Shown: positions 37,062 to 57,016 of the stretch, piece by piece | How positions within the stretch are numbered: position 1 is the first letter of the stretch | Layout: each line of letters opens with the position of its first letter | Source of the DNA: Eledone cirrhosa | Lineage: Eukaryota | Length of the DNA: 64,000 nt | NCBI GenBank assembly: GCA_964016885.1 | Contig: CAXHJY010001373.1 | Location: forward strand, 26,040 to 90,039 | Direction of reading: 5' to 3' | Position numbers and translations under genes: made by a program | Notes under the pieces: model-generated | Database searches by the model: none | Seen by the model: the letters and a program-made list of their open reading frames with translations, nothing else | Told to the model about the DNA's origin: nothing

Positions 37062-39880
37062 TTTTTTCTTCCGCTGAGATTTCAGTGTTTTGCTTGGTTG
37101 TTTGGTGTTTAGTTTTAGAAGAAAGTTTAGATGTTGTGATAGCAATTTGCTTTTATTTATTGCTTTCTTTTCTTTCTTTTCTTTCTTTTCTTCCTTTTCT
37201 TCCTTTTCTTCCTTTTCTTCCTTTATTCTTTTTTCTACTTTTCCTCTTTCTTGTTTTTCTTATGCACCTTTTTTAAACTCTTGCAATAAATGCTATCTTT
37301 GAATGTTTTTATTTTTTCTGGCTTTAAACAGTTGTTTGTGATCTATATTTGCTGATTGTGGATGGTGTTGGAGTTTAGAGTCCTCTCATTTGGTTGTTCA
37401 CCATAATTACTACTAGTATTGTAGTTTAGGTCTGTCATTGATACTAATGTGGGATTTTTAGCTGAAAACCCTCCTACATACACATCTGGTACTGAAAATA
37501 CTCTAGTTGGTATATATCTTAATAATTCACAAATTTGAATAACATAGTTGTCTCGGGTGACCTGGTGGTAGGTATTAGAGATGATGGAGATCCTTGTTTG
37601 GGGGTTAAATCTTGGTCAAGATCTGCACAAAGGGGGTCTTACTAATTTACGGTACCAGTGCCTCAGCTTGGCCTCAGCCCCTCGGCTCGAATACCTAATA
37701 GAGTAATATGCTATGAGATCAAATCATTATATTTTAAGCAAAGCTTTTCATAAGAGAGAGAAAGAATTAAAAATAAATATTTTTAGCAGAACTGGTGATA
37801 TAGGTTTTAAATTGGCAGGAAATTAGCAGCCATTAAAGTATTGGATTAAATGCCTCATAGCATTTTTTATGGCTTTTCGCACTCTCTGAGTTCAAATCTG
37901 TCTGAGTTCAAATATGCCTTTTTGGTTTGATAAATAACATATCAATCTGGGATAGCAGATTGATGGAAATGTTTGAACATCATAAGTGATATCTGCAGTA
38001 TCTCTTTTGGCTCAACATCACTGGTGCTAAGCTGAATCAGCCCTTGTTTTCCTTTAGATAACAGATAGCATGAAGAGGGGAGACTGACATACTTGGGCAA
38101 CTGCTGATCTTCCACAAAAAAAGCAAAAAATCTTGCCTGGGTCTTGGGGAGGAAACTTCCTGGTGCAGTTTCATTGTCTCAGATAAATATGAATACTTTG
38201 AAATTCAAGTTTTGTATTGTAGAGCTAGGGATGGTTTTCAGGAATTTGCTATCAAAAGGGTTAATATATCTTCTACTAAAAGAACTTCTTAGGGAACCTA
38301 GAATTCTTTCATTAGTGTAACATGTTGATTAGCAATGGGAACCAGCTGTCAAATGTTTGTTGTAATTAGCTAGGTGAGCTGAAAATGGATCCACTGATTT
38401 GTCCTAAATATCGTTTTCATGCAGTGTAGACCCCCCCCCCCTCCCCAGCTTTGAGTGGTGACAGCTGTCCTGTATCTTTCCAGTCTCTTTGGCTTTCTTT
38501 CTTACAAACTATACTTGCTGATTGAGGACATTACTATTACTGAGTGGTGATGATGGTGGTTTTGTTGTTTAGCTCCAACTGATATAGTGTGAATCCTGCA
38601 CACACATGACATAATAACACATTTTAATGCCATTTACCTGCTAAAGCAAGGTGTATCCTTGCAGACCCCATGACAGATTTCATATTATTTATGTGGTCCT
38701 TCTTGAGGCAATGTTTTACAGCCAGATGCCCTTCCTGGTGTCAACCCTTTAGTTGTCTCTTACTGAAGGAGGCAGCTATCTCTTATCAAGAGGATAACTT
38801 AAGTAATTAAAGCTTCTGTGTATTTGCTTGACTTACTAGAAATAGTAGGCAAATCTCCCTCAAATCACATCTTGCAATTGTAAAAAAAGGTCACTTTAGA
38901 TAATGTAGTTCTACATAATAATAATAATAATTTATATCCATTATTTTCTATGTTGATCTAGGCTGGACAAAATGTTTTGAGTTTTCTACCCCTAGATGCC
39001 CTTCTGATGCAAACTTTTACATCTTACATCTAGTACTTATTCCACTGATTTTCACCCCCTTAAACTGCTAATCAGGGCATTAGTTTTTTTAAGTGGTATC
39101 GGCATAAAAACAGACATGAAAACACTACACACAATTTCAATTTACCAAAATCTACTTATGCATTATTGGTCAGCCCAAGGTACACTATTTGAAAATAAGA
39201 CAGGATTGTCATGGCTAGAATGGTTTTGATTTTACATCTGTGCAGTTAGGGTTGGCCTGTTGGGTTAAGCAACAATAATGAAGAGCATAGGACTATCTAA
39301 GGATAGGTGGTTCCAGACCCATACCAAATTATTTGTTGAGCCATATCGTCTGCAAGATTGTAGAAAGTAAATAATAACAGAAGTAAAAAAAAAAAAAGAA
39401 AACGCTACTGAAAATAAGAATGCTGGAAGTAGGAAGAGCGCCAAAATTAGTTTCTGGTTTGGAAGTGAAGGAACCTACCTTGCGTCTCCACTTTAATCCA
39501 GACTGAATCGTCCACTGTCCCTACATCCACGTGACTTACGTCCGACTGAGGATGACAGAATCTCTCTCACTCACTTTTGTAAACACATAAGCACTAGGCC
39601 ATTATCTGACGAAAAAGAGGCAATGAATAGGTGCCCAAGCCCTGATGTGATGCCACTTGTCCTTCGCTTCCGGTAAGACATCCCCTAACTTCCAGCAGTC
39701 CCTTTTTGAGCTTCACAACAATACAATAGACTACTCTTGTAGATCACAGGGATTTCAAGTGTCCACTCACAATTATGTTTCGATTAAAGGAAATATCCTA
39801 CTGTCAGTTGCAAGAAGATTGGTGTCCTACCTGTAGTTTTACATCTATGTAGGTTAATTTTCAGATTTAAAACTAAACAA

Positions 39881-39978
39881 CAGGGTGCCCCCCCCCCCCC
39901 TCCCCAAAAAAAAAAAATGTATACATACTTTTATTAGAACTCTGTTGAAGTATGTATACGTTTTTTGGGGTCACCCTG
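39881..39978. mobile_element. Tiny Tc1/mariner-type MITE
   Basis: cagggtgcccc...aaaaaatgtatacatactt and aagtatgtatacgttttttggggtcaccctg-ta form inverted termini. Confidence 0.6.
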
Positions 39979-40777
39979 TATATTCCATTATCATTTTTTA
40001 TGATTTCACAGAGAAATTAATAGTTTGTTGGAAAGTCCTAAAATACAACCTTTGTACAGTTATTGAGATTTCTATTTATAGAATAATAATGGTGTGGATT
40101 AATTAACTACCCCTGGTATGTTTGTAGACTGATACATGTTAAACCTTTCATTTCATCTTCTCCCATGTTAACCAACAAAGTATGTGTAGTGTTTCTGTTT
40201 TAGTAGCTTGTTAAATATTGCTATGCTTAAACCCTCTCTTGTGAAAGGAGGGATTACTTTGCTAAGGTGGGTATTCTTCACATTTTTTGTTTCTTTGTTT
40301 ATGCTTATCTTTCCTTCATTTTATTATTATCATCATCATCATTATTATTTTATTTTTTATTGTTTCCTTAAAAATCTAATGTTTACTGCTGCTTCCACTA
40401 CTGCCTCTATTGTTGCTATTAATGTATTCCTGAAAATATCTCCTCTGCCTCACACTCCTCACTAGTGCCATTAGCTTTCTCTTCTCAAGACTTTATTTTT
40501 ATACTCTGTTTTTTTTTTCTATTTATTTGTTGTTCTTTTACATGTTTTCTTTTTACACGTACAGCACTTACCATCATTATTATTATTATTATTAAAATTC
40601 CGTTTTCAATATTTCTGATTAACTTATTCAATGATAATTAACAAAGCATGGGCTCAAACATTTAATAAGATGGTGATATACTTACTACAACTAGTATCTA
40701 GTCATGGACATATATATATATATATATATAAAAATTAGAATTGGAGCTCTGAAATAACAATATATATATATATACAT

Positions 40778-40829
<52 letters not shown>

Positions 40830-41010
40830 GTTATAATTATAATATCAATGAGAGTAAGTATACTCATTTACAGGGTGTTTTATTAGCTTAATGCAATGAG
40901 GGTCATGCAATGAGGCTTATACATTGATAGTTTATATATAATGCCTTAATTCTTTGGTTTTATATGTAAACTATTAATGGGTGTGTGGATATATATATAT
41001 ATATATATAT

Positions 41011-41358
41011 CGAAACAAATGAGATCGTGTAGGTGTCACGACAAAAAACACACAGTCCACGCTGTAAATGTGGCCGTGTAGGCAACACGGTAAAAACCTC
41101 CCAGCCCCACACTGTAAATGTGGTTGGTGTTAGGAAGGGCATCCAGCTGTAGAAAACCCGCCAGACAGTCCACGCTGTAATGTGGCCGTGTAGGCAACAC
41201 GGTAAAAACCTCCCAGCCCCACACTGTAAATGTGGTTGGTGTTAGGAAGGGCATCCAACTGTAGAAAACCCGCAAGACAACCACTCTTGCCTCAAGTGGG
41301 AAAACCCCCGTCCAAACCCATGCAAGCGTGGAACACGGACGCTAAACCTGATGATGAT
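41011..41358 (+). mobile_element. Family A RTE 3'UTR fragment with an internal ~113-bp tandem duplication, flanked by (TA)n
   Basis: acagtccacgctgtaa...gtagaaaacccgc occurs twice (about 41052-41164 and 41165-41273). Confidence 0.85.
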
Positions 41359-41627
41359 ATATATATATATGCTACACTCTCTATGGTTAGGAAATCAACT
41401 GGTGTTTTTTATACAATAATGTAATAATTATATAGATATAACAGGCTAATGATTGTAATATTAGGTATTAAGGCAAAATAAATTAAATCCATTTCCTTTC
41501 TCATCTGTCCATCTATAAGTCATAAATGATTTTAACAAAATTGTTTCTTCAAATATGTCAAAGTAATTATTGCATCTTAATTGTTAACAGCCATGGAATT
41601 ATTTCCATAGGTCCAGCTAGTTATTAT

Positions 41628-41992
41628 TAGTTCAAATCCCGCCGAAATTAGCTTTGCCTTTCATTTTTACAAGGTCGATAAAATAAAGTACCAGTAATGC
41701 ACTGATGTCGATTTAATTGACTTACCCCTCCCTTCAAATTGCTGGCCTTGTGCCTAAAAGTAGAAACTTTTATTATTATAGGCATGGATTGGCAGAATCG
41801 GTAGGGTGTTGGACAACATGCTTTGCAGTATATAGTTACAGCTATTTATGTTCTGAGTTCAAATCTGGCTGAGGTTAGCTTTGCCTTACATCCTTATAGG
41901 GTCGATAAAATAAAGTACCCGTAGCGTATTAGGGTTGATTTAATCGACTTTACCCTCCCCTAAAATTGCTGGCCTAGTGCCTAAAGTAGAAA

Positions 41993-41998
<6 letters not shown>
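41628..41998 (+). mobile_element. S2 tandem pair (truncated + full) with (TTA)n tail
   Basis: Two cores, near 41655 and 41885. Confidence 0.78.
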
Positions 41999-42025
<27 letters not shown>

Positions 42026-42440
42026 GAAACATTGTTATTATTGGTTGTTGTATGAAGCACCACATGGCAGCAGTAAGTTTATGGTAAGCTGTGTAGAGAT
42101 TTAGTTTTAGTTTACCTTTGAATATGTTTGCTAAATAGTTTTGAGAAAAGACTTCAGTGTTGTAATTTTCTATTTTTTGTGACCTGTTAAACAAAGTTCC
42201 AAATATATGCAAGAAATTACTATTATTATTACTTTGTCTGTCATATATGTTGCTAATTAATGTGTAGTAAAATAGTTATCAATAATTACTTAATGCTTAA
42301 ACTTACAGAAACCTTCAATATATATATATATATATATATATATACAAATGAATATATGATAGGGATAAACACTGATACAAGTATACATGTGTTCACATTG
42401 CAAATGACCAAGTTAGCTAGACTATTCGAGTTTATAACTC

Positions 42441-42491
<51 letters not shown>

Positions 42492-42805
42492 GAAATTTAG
42501 AATAAATCGTTTTCAAATACGAAATCAGATAAACTCCTATAATTAATTAACTAATAATTAATTGGATGTCCTATGAAATGAAAGAAATGTGTGTTAATTA
42601 AAATGATATAATTAAGTCTTTGGTCTTATTTTCAATGTTATTTATATATATATATATAATGTAGGAGGTCAATATTATAATATATAGTTAGGTCGATTTT
42701 CTCATCTCTCTCTCCATATTATATCTCTAACCACAGGTGTGTGCAGGTAGAGTAGATACTAAAGGTTAGCATATATATATATACATACACGCACACACAC
42801 ACACA

Positions 42806-42843
<38 letters not shown>

Positions 42844-43129
42844 ATCAGTTCTACAATGATGGCATTAGGTAAATACTCAAATTTCATTAGCCTTAGTACC
42901 ATCTCATTTGATCTGCCATTCTGTAATAGAGTTACTTCCGAGGAAATTATTAATCAGATAGGAGAGTTTTCAAGCTAGGAATAGGGAACTTTGGTTGTTA
43001 TGGAGATATAGTAAAGTCTGTAAGAGGTAAAGGGGCTAACTTATGTGCAGATAAAAGGCATATATATGGAGTGAAATCAAATTTTAGTCTGGCTTAGACC
43101 ATTCCTTCAGAAAAAAATTAGTTTTGTGT

Positions 43130-44830
43130 GGGCAATGATTGAAGAAATCAAAGATTGTGTTCAAATAGTTCCTTTTAGTATATTCCACTTTTCGGCAGTT
43201 TAAATAACAAGTTTTCAATTTGTTAATTTAGGGTGTGGATTTTCCCAGTATCTTCCAATTTATGGAAAAATCAATGCCATTTCCTTTGATATTAAACATG
43301 TGGCTTGTGAGCTAAGTGGTATGTCTAAAGTCGTTTCTTGGTGAAGGAAACAGCTTTTGAAATGACTCTCTGACATACATACATATGTCCAGGCTGCTGT
43401 TTGATTGTTCTGGTTGGAGGAAGTCACTTTTGCTTCATATATCACTGCTGGAGTGTTGCACTGCTGGTTAAAGGGGCATGCTTCTGGCCTTCTGTGTGAG
43501 CATCCGGAAGGTTCTTGTGTTTATTTATGATGCAGGATTTCATGATTTTAGCACAAGAGTAGACAATTTTCATAGTGTGGCAATTAAATATCTGATAGTA
43601 TTTGTGGCTTACAGGGAAGTGTGAATCTAAAAGTGCTAGGAATGTTTTACCCACATTAGTTTTAACATTGAGTGAGAATGGTGGTGTGATCCACACAACA
43701 GGCTTATTTCTTCTTGCTAGAAGTATAAAATTTTCTCAAAGAAGCTGCTGTTACTTAAGGCTATGTTATAGTCAGAAACCACCCTCTCAAAGATAGCTTT
43801 TTTGATGAAGTTTTTGAAAACTATAGGTGGATGGTTAAAATCCTTATGTATGTACCTAAGTTTTTCACTAGGCTTGTAAAAGGTTATGTGTGTAGATCTA
43901 ATATTGTTTTGGGTAGATATGGTAATATTTAGTCCTAGGTTGCTAAATGTGGTTATTAGTGTTTCTAAATGTGTCAAGATCATGGTTGCTTTTATGGCTC
44001 AATGGGGATCGACCATTGCTTTGGTATAAACCAGTATGGAAATCAGGGAATTTTTTATGTAGCATCTAAGATAAAAAGGCCCTTCAAATTGCATATGTCA
44101 GCACTGTCGAATGATCCCATTGGTAGTAGATTTTTTACTCAAGTGGCCTCATTATTGAAGAGAAGGGATTTTTCTACGATGGGCTATAACTAAGCAATCT
44201 AAATCATATATATTAGTGAAATTACTTGCAATCCAAGGCCTTATCAAGTAAGATCCTAGAGATCGAAGAATAAAATCAAATATATTGCACTTCATAAACT
44301 GACTATTTTCATTCTGATTAAATTTGGACTGTTTAATAGTCTTAATAATGTTCTTAAGGATAACTTTACTTGCAAATCTTAATTCAGTTTCGGCAGGGTT
44401 TATGAGTCAGCAGGTTGGTTTGTTTGTAAATCATCAAGCATTTAATTTTTTATCTACTCTAAGGGTGGTGGCTATGTGTTTTGCCTCATCATTGATAGCA
44501 TGGTAAATATCAGGGTCAGCTTTTTATATTTAGAGACTGTATGGTTTTGTTCAGAAGTTGGTTGTAGCTAAAGTGATCAAGTTCATATAGATTATTAGTT
44601 TTATCAGAATTTTTTTTATGTCTCTACTTAGTTTATTCTGAAAGGGGTTAGAGTGTGAATAGAAGGAAGTGTTAGCAACCAGATTAAGATATGCTTTGAA
44701 AGGAGCAAGATCATTTCCCTTACGTGGGTAATTCCTTGATTTTAGGTTGAGAATAAGTTCAGTCAAAGAGTTGGAATATTTTTCAGGGAGTAATCAATCT
44801 CTCAGAGGTCCATTTTCTTGTTGTGTAGGG
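43130..44830 (-). pseudogene. Decayed Penelope-like retroelement (RT + C-terminal GIY-YIG)
   Basis: Fragments MGSFDSADICNLKGLFIL, YKPSEKLRYIHKDFNHPP, WITPPFSLNVKTNVGKTFLALLDSHFP...IFNCHTMKIVYSC and IYEAKVT...TYVCMSESHFK are typical of the PLE RT, thumb and GIY-YIG regions. Many stops and frameshifts. Confidence 0.85.
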
Positions 44831-45569
44831 TACTTAGATATATAGAACACTCAAGAGGTTAAGTTGGTTTGCTAATCATACACATGTGTAGGAATCTGCA
44901 GGTCAAGACACTTTGCCTCTGATATGATTTGTGGAGTCTATGGTTTGCTCATTCATTTCATATTTGGCATATTTAGCTTGATGCTCTTCATTATCATTAA
45001 CCACGTTATAGAGTGTATTGAGTGTATTTCATTGTGACCCAGACACTAAAGGGGTCCTCTCATACAAGGTGAACTAAAGTGTTCCTTCGACCTTTATACT
45101 TTATACTTTTATTGATTACAGTCATTGGACTACAGTTAAGCTAGGGCACCAAATTCAAGGTTTCTAATCACATCGGCTCCAATACTTACTTTAGTCTCAT
45201 AATTTGTTTATTGATTTAAATTTGTCAACTCGTGTTTTTGGAAACAACACAGGATTTTAGATAAACTCAGACAGATATTCTTACACATACACACACGCAC
45301 ATATAAAGGATAATCTTCTGCACAGTTTCTACCCACCAAATTCCTTCAAAAATTTAATCTTTTTAATTAAGGATTTTTTCATATTTCCTGAGAAAAGCTT
45401 TATATTTAGTTTGGAACAAAATGTTCCTAAATCCATAAATCTGTTGACATTTCAGGACATTCACAGCCCCATATTCACAATCATAGGGTAGTAATAGTGG
45501 CCCATTGCCCACATTTTGCACTAGTCATAAACGATAATGGGGGTGGTGTATATACATATATCTATATAA

Positions 45570-51440
<5,871 letters not shown>

Positions 51441-51728
51441 AACCACTGGGAGTGAAGAACCCCTAGCCCATGTCAGGGTATTCTTCTAGGAGAAGGCATC
51501 TCAGGAACTGGGTTAACTCCGATATAAAACCTGCGGCTCAGTAGTTACCGATGATGTTGATCTTTTCTTCTTTTCGGGTTATAGCTACTGTCGCTCAGAG
51601 AGTGGGATTGGTTCAGTGCACAGTCTTTCCTCACTTTAAAAATATTCGTCACGCACAGGCATTGCACGAGTGCATTAATAATTATTAATAGTGTAGTAGT
51701 ATTATTATTATTATTATTACTATTATTA

Positions 51729-51761
<33 letters not shown>

Positions 51762-54700
51762 CCAATTCAATGATGTTCCAGAACAATGTAAACGAGATGA
51801 TTGCCAATTTGGGTTCTGGAACAAAAAAGATCATTGGCAATAAGGGCAGGGGCCCCAAGTTATCACAACCTGGGCCCGCCCGTCATCGTGCCATTGTAAT
51901 AGAGCCAAACAGGGCATTTAGTCTTGGCTGCTGGAACGTACGGACGCTGCTTGACAGGGATTCTTTGGAGCGTCCTGAACGAAGGACCGCTCTTGTTGCG
52001 AAGGAGCTTCGACGTTACGATCTTGACATCGTGGCTTTGTCTGAGACGAGGTTAGCTGGAGATGGTCATCTTACGGAATTTTGTGGAGAATATACATTCT
52101 TCTGGAAAGGAAGAGATGAAGGAACCAGAAGAGAGGCTGGGTAGGATTTGCTGTTAAGACTGTACTGGTGAATAAATTGGAAGAATTCCCAGTGGGGATT
52201 AGTGAGCGTCTTATGTCCATGAGAGTTCCGCTGGACAGGGGAAGATATGCTACCCTGGTGAGTGTGTATGCTCCAACTATGAATTCTGTCGATGAAGAAA
52301 AACTGTCCTTTTACCATGCCTTGAAAGGTGTTTAAGAAATATCCCTCAGGCAGACAAAGTCATCGTGCTTGGTGACTTTAATGCTAGAGTGGGTAGGGAT
52401 TTTAACACATGGAATGTAATCGGAAGGCATGGGGTGGGAAAGTGTAACAGCAATGGTATGCTCTTGCTGCAGATGTGTGAGGAGCTGGATCTGTGTGTTA
52501 CCAACACCATGTTCCAACAAAAGAACAAATTCAAGACCACATGGATGCATCCTGCATCTAAGGAATGGCATCTTTTGGACTACGTCCTAGTCAGGATGCG
52601 TGACAGACAGGATGTGCAGTGTGTTCGTGTTCTTCGTGGAGCTGAGTGCTGGACGGACCACCGCCTGGTACGCGCAAAAGTGAATCTAATCACCAAACGT
52701 AAAATCCGGGCTCCTGGTGTTGCCCTGCCCAAAAGATTGAATGCTGCTCGTCTTAAGGATAAAAATGTGAAGAGGACATTGGAAGAAGAGATGCAGGCTG
52801 CAGATCTTGGTGAGGATTGGCCGACCCTTAAAAAGTCGGTTTATGATGTAGGCAGACGTGTTCTGGGATTGGTGCAGAGAAAACATCAGGACTGGTTTGA
52901 TGAGAAGGATGTGCATATAGATGACTTGTTGGCTGATAAGAGGCGCGCTCTGTCACGCTACTTGACGGCAAAACCACAGGAGAGGAATACGTTGCATGAG
53001 GAGCTCAGGGATGTAAAATCACGTGTTAGGCGGAGTCTTTCTCAGATGAAGGATCAGTGGTGGAGTGAGAAGGCTGGTGAGATACAAACTGCGTCTGATT
53101 GCAATAACACAAAGCTGTTGTACAGTCTCTTGCGTGAGGTTTATGGACCGTCTTCTTCTCTGGTGACACCGATTCGCAGCAGGGATGGCAGAGAACTTCT
53201 TCGTGACTCACAGGGAATTCTACGAAGGTGGCGAGAGCACTTTGATGATCTTTTGAATCAGCCGTCTGTCGTCAGTGAAGATTTCCTCAATCTCATTCCG
53301 GAAAGTCCTGTGAAAGTAGCTCTCGCAGAACCTCCGACACTTGTGGAGGTTGCAGTGGCTATTTCGAAGCTGAACAGTGGAAGATCTCCAGGTATGGATG
53401 GCATACATGCTGGGCTCCTACAATATGGTGGTGAGAGACTCCTGCAACGTCTTCACTCTCTGTTTGGAGGGATATGGGCTAATGAATCCGTGCCTGAGGA
53501 CTGGAGAGATGCGGTGATGGTGGTCTTGTACAAGGGAAAGGGTAACAGGAATGATTGTGGGAACTACAGAGGTATATCATTGCTTTCTGTCGTGGGGAAA
53601 GTTTTATGTAGGGTGCTTCTGGACCGTCTGCTGACACACATTGCAGATTGTGTCCTTCCTGAAAGTCAATCTGGTTTTCGTGTTGGACGCGGCACTACTG
53701 ATATGATCTTCTCAGCTAGACAGCTCCAGGAGAAGTGCATTGAACAGGGCTTGGATCTGTATCAGGTTTTTGTCGATCTGACAAAGGCTTTCGATACTGT
53801 CAACAGAGATGCATTATGGAAGGTTCTCCAGAAACTTGGTTGCCCTGATAAGTTCCTTGCTTTAGTTAGGTCTTTCCATGACGACATGAAGGCTTGGGTT
53901 AATGTCGGAGGTAACATGTCGGAGCCTATCTCAGTAAAAAATGGAGTGAAACAGGGGGATATTCCAGCACCGACCCTGTTTGCCATATACTTTGCAATGG
54001 TTTTCTGTATTGCATTCAGGAATTGCGAGCATGGTGTTTACATCCGATATCGAACCTCAGGCAGCATATTTAACATCAGGCGCTTTGCTGCGAAGACAAA
54101 AGTATTTACATCAGTCATAAGAGACCTCTTGTATGCAGATGATTGCGATCTTGTAGCGCACACAGAGAGTGATATGCAGCACATTTTGAATGTATTTTCT
54201 GACGCTTGCACTGCCCTGGGTTTGACTGTCAGTCTCAAGAAAACCGTCGTCATGTACCAACCTGCACCTGGTAGGCAGTACACTGAACCAAACATCTATG
54301 TGTATGGCAAACGACTTGGAGTGGTTGATCAGTTTGTCTACCTGGGAAGCACTGTCAATCGATACGGCAACCTTGACAGTGAGATCTCACTTAGGATTAG
54401 GAAAGCAAGTGATGCTTTCGGAAAGCTAGAAAGGCGACTCTGGGGTCGGCGAGACATATGCAGGAGGACAAAGGTAAGGGTGTACAGGGCATGTGTACTC
54501 TCTTGTCTTCTTTATGCCTGCGAGACCTGGGTCACATATCGACGCCACCTTAAGCAATTGGAGCGTTTCCATCAGATGTGTCTCAGACGGATACATGGCG
54601 TTCACTGGAGGGACCACATCAGTGATGTCGAGATTTTGGAAAGCTCTATGTGTGACAGTATAGAAGCTCTTGTGCTTAAGCAGCGACTCCGTTGGAGTGG

Positions 54701-55321
54701 TCACCTTGCCAGGATGAAGGATTCTAGAATACCAAAACAACTCTTCTATGGAGAGTTGGTTAAAGGAAAACGACCGCCACATAAACCAAAAAAGAGGTAT
54801 AAGGATTCCTTGAAGGCCTCTCTGAAGGACGCTAACATCTCTGCTGATACATGGGAAAATATTGCTGCTGATCGTAATAAATGGAGAAAGACTGTATATG
54901 AGGGAAAAGTTGCCTTTGAGGCATCTCGAATCGCACACGAGAAAGTAAAGCGGGACGTGAGGAAGGGTATTGCTGTTGCACTTCCAGACGGCGAGGGTCC
55001 TCCTATGTTTCTGACATGCAGCGTCTGTGCGAGACTCTGCCTAAGCAAAGCTGGACTCGAAAGTCATCTTCGCAGTCATAAAGTAAGACCAGTGGTTGAC
55101 TACCAGGCTGCTGTTGGAGATGCTACTCATCATGCTTGCCAAACATGTGGTAGAGAATGTAAATCAGCAGGAGGACTCAAGCGACATGCAAAAGTACACG
55201 AACTCCAACCACAGCCGACTATTCCCAGTAAATGTTTTGGTTGCCGACTCTGTGCAAGACATTTTAGATCATTGGCTGGGCTAAAAAGCCACATTCGATC
55301 GCAGCACTGTTAGTTGCTATC

Positions 55322-55359
<38 letters not shown>

Positions 55360-55438
55360 GCTTATGTGCGTGCGTGTGTGTGTATATATATATGAATATG
55401 TATATTATTATTGTTGTTGTCGTTATTATTATTATTGC

Positions 55439-55478
<40 letters not shown>

Positions 55479-55631
55479 GTTATTAATGTATGTGTGTATA
55501 TATGTGTGAGTGTATGTGTATGTATGTGTGTGTGTATATATGTATGTGTATGTGTGTGTATATATATGTGTATATATATATATGTGTGTATATATATATA
55601 TATATATCTTTTCCCTTTTTTTTTTTTTTTT

Positions 55632-55688
<57 letters not shown>

Positions 55689-55765
55689 TTTTTTTTTTTT
55701 AATTTTATTTATTTTTTTTTTTATTGTGCAATGGCCATACTCGATAACGAGGGGGCAGCCATCAT
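51441..55765 (+). mobile_element. Near full-length RTE (BovB-like) LINE, family B, with C-terminal C2H2 zinc fingers
   Basis: Putative 5'UTR at 51441-51769, APE-RT coding region, microsatellite-expanded 3'UTR and a terminal hairpin atggccatactcgataacgagggggcagccat (about 55731-55762). (TA)n on both sides. Confidence 0.88.
51770..55313 (+). pseudogene. Family B APE-RT-3xC2H2 ORF interrupted by two 1-nt frameshifts
   Basis: GCWNVRTL and LSETR; after the first shift SVYAPT; after the second GDFNARVG, TDH, DLTKAFD, QGDIPAP, YADD, YLG, then CxxC-x12-H-x3/4-H three times. Frameshifts near 52140 and 52332. Confidence 0.9.
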
Positions 55766-56006
55766 GTATATATGTATATATATATATATATGTATGTATA
55801 TGTATGTATGTATATGTATATATATGTATGTATGTATATGTATATATATATATGTATGTATGTATATGTATATATATATATGTATATATATATGTATGTA
55901 TATATATGTATATATGTATATATATGTATATATATATATATATGTATATATGTATATATATGTATATATATATGTATGTATATGTATATATATATGTATG
56001 TATATG

Positions 56007-56039
<33 letters not shown>

Positions 56040-56082
56040 GTATATATGTATATATATGTATATATATATATGTATGTATATG

Positions 56083-56113
<31 letters not shown>

Positions 56114-56138
56114 GTATATATATATATGTATGTATATG

Positions 56139-56169
<31 letters not shown>

Positions 56170-56326
56170 GTATATATATATATGTATGTATATGTATATA
56201 TATATATATATGTATATATATGTATATATATATATGTATGTATATGTATATATATATATATGTATATATATGTATATGTATATATATGTATATGTATATA
56301 TGTATATATATATATGTATGTATATG

Positions 56327-56378
<52 letters not shown>

Positions 56379-57016
56379 TGTATATATATGTATATATATG
56401 TATGTATATATATATATATGTATATGTATATATATGTATGTATATATATGTATATATATATATGTATATATATGTATATATATATATGTATATATATGTA
56501 TATATATGTATATATATATATGTATATATATGTATATATATATATGTATATATATGTATATATATGTATATATATGTATATATATATATGTATATATATA
56601 TATGTATATATATGTATATATATGTATATATATATATGTATATATATATATGTATATATATGTATATATATGTATATATATAATATATATATATATGTAT
56701 ATATATATATAGTATATATATATAAAGTATATATGTATATATATAATATATATATATATGTATATATATAATATGTATATATATATAAAGTATATATGTA
56801 TAGTATATAATATATATATATATGTATATATATATATGTATATATATATAAAGTATATATGTATATATATAATATATATATATGTATATATATATATGTA
56901 TATATATATAAAGTATATATGTATATATATAATATATATATATGTATATATATAATATATATATATGTATATATATATATGTATATAATATATATATAAA
57001 GTATATATGTATATAT
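55766..57016. repeat. (TA)/(TATG) array between two RTEs
   Basis: Direct inspection. Confidence 0.95.

Noticed and set aside
39300-39835. Possible exon or PLE fragment in higher-complexity sequence
   Set aside because: No open frame with convincing splice sites or recognisable motifs.
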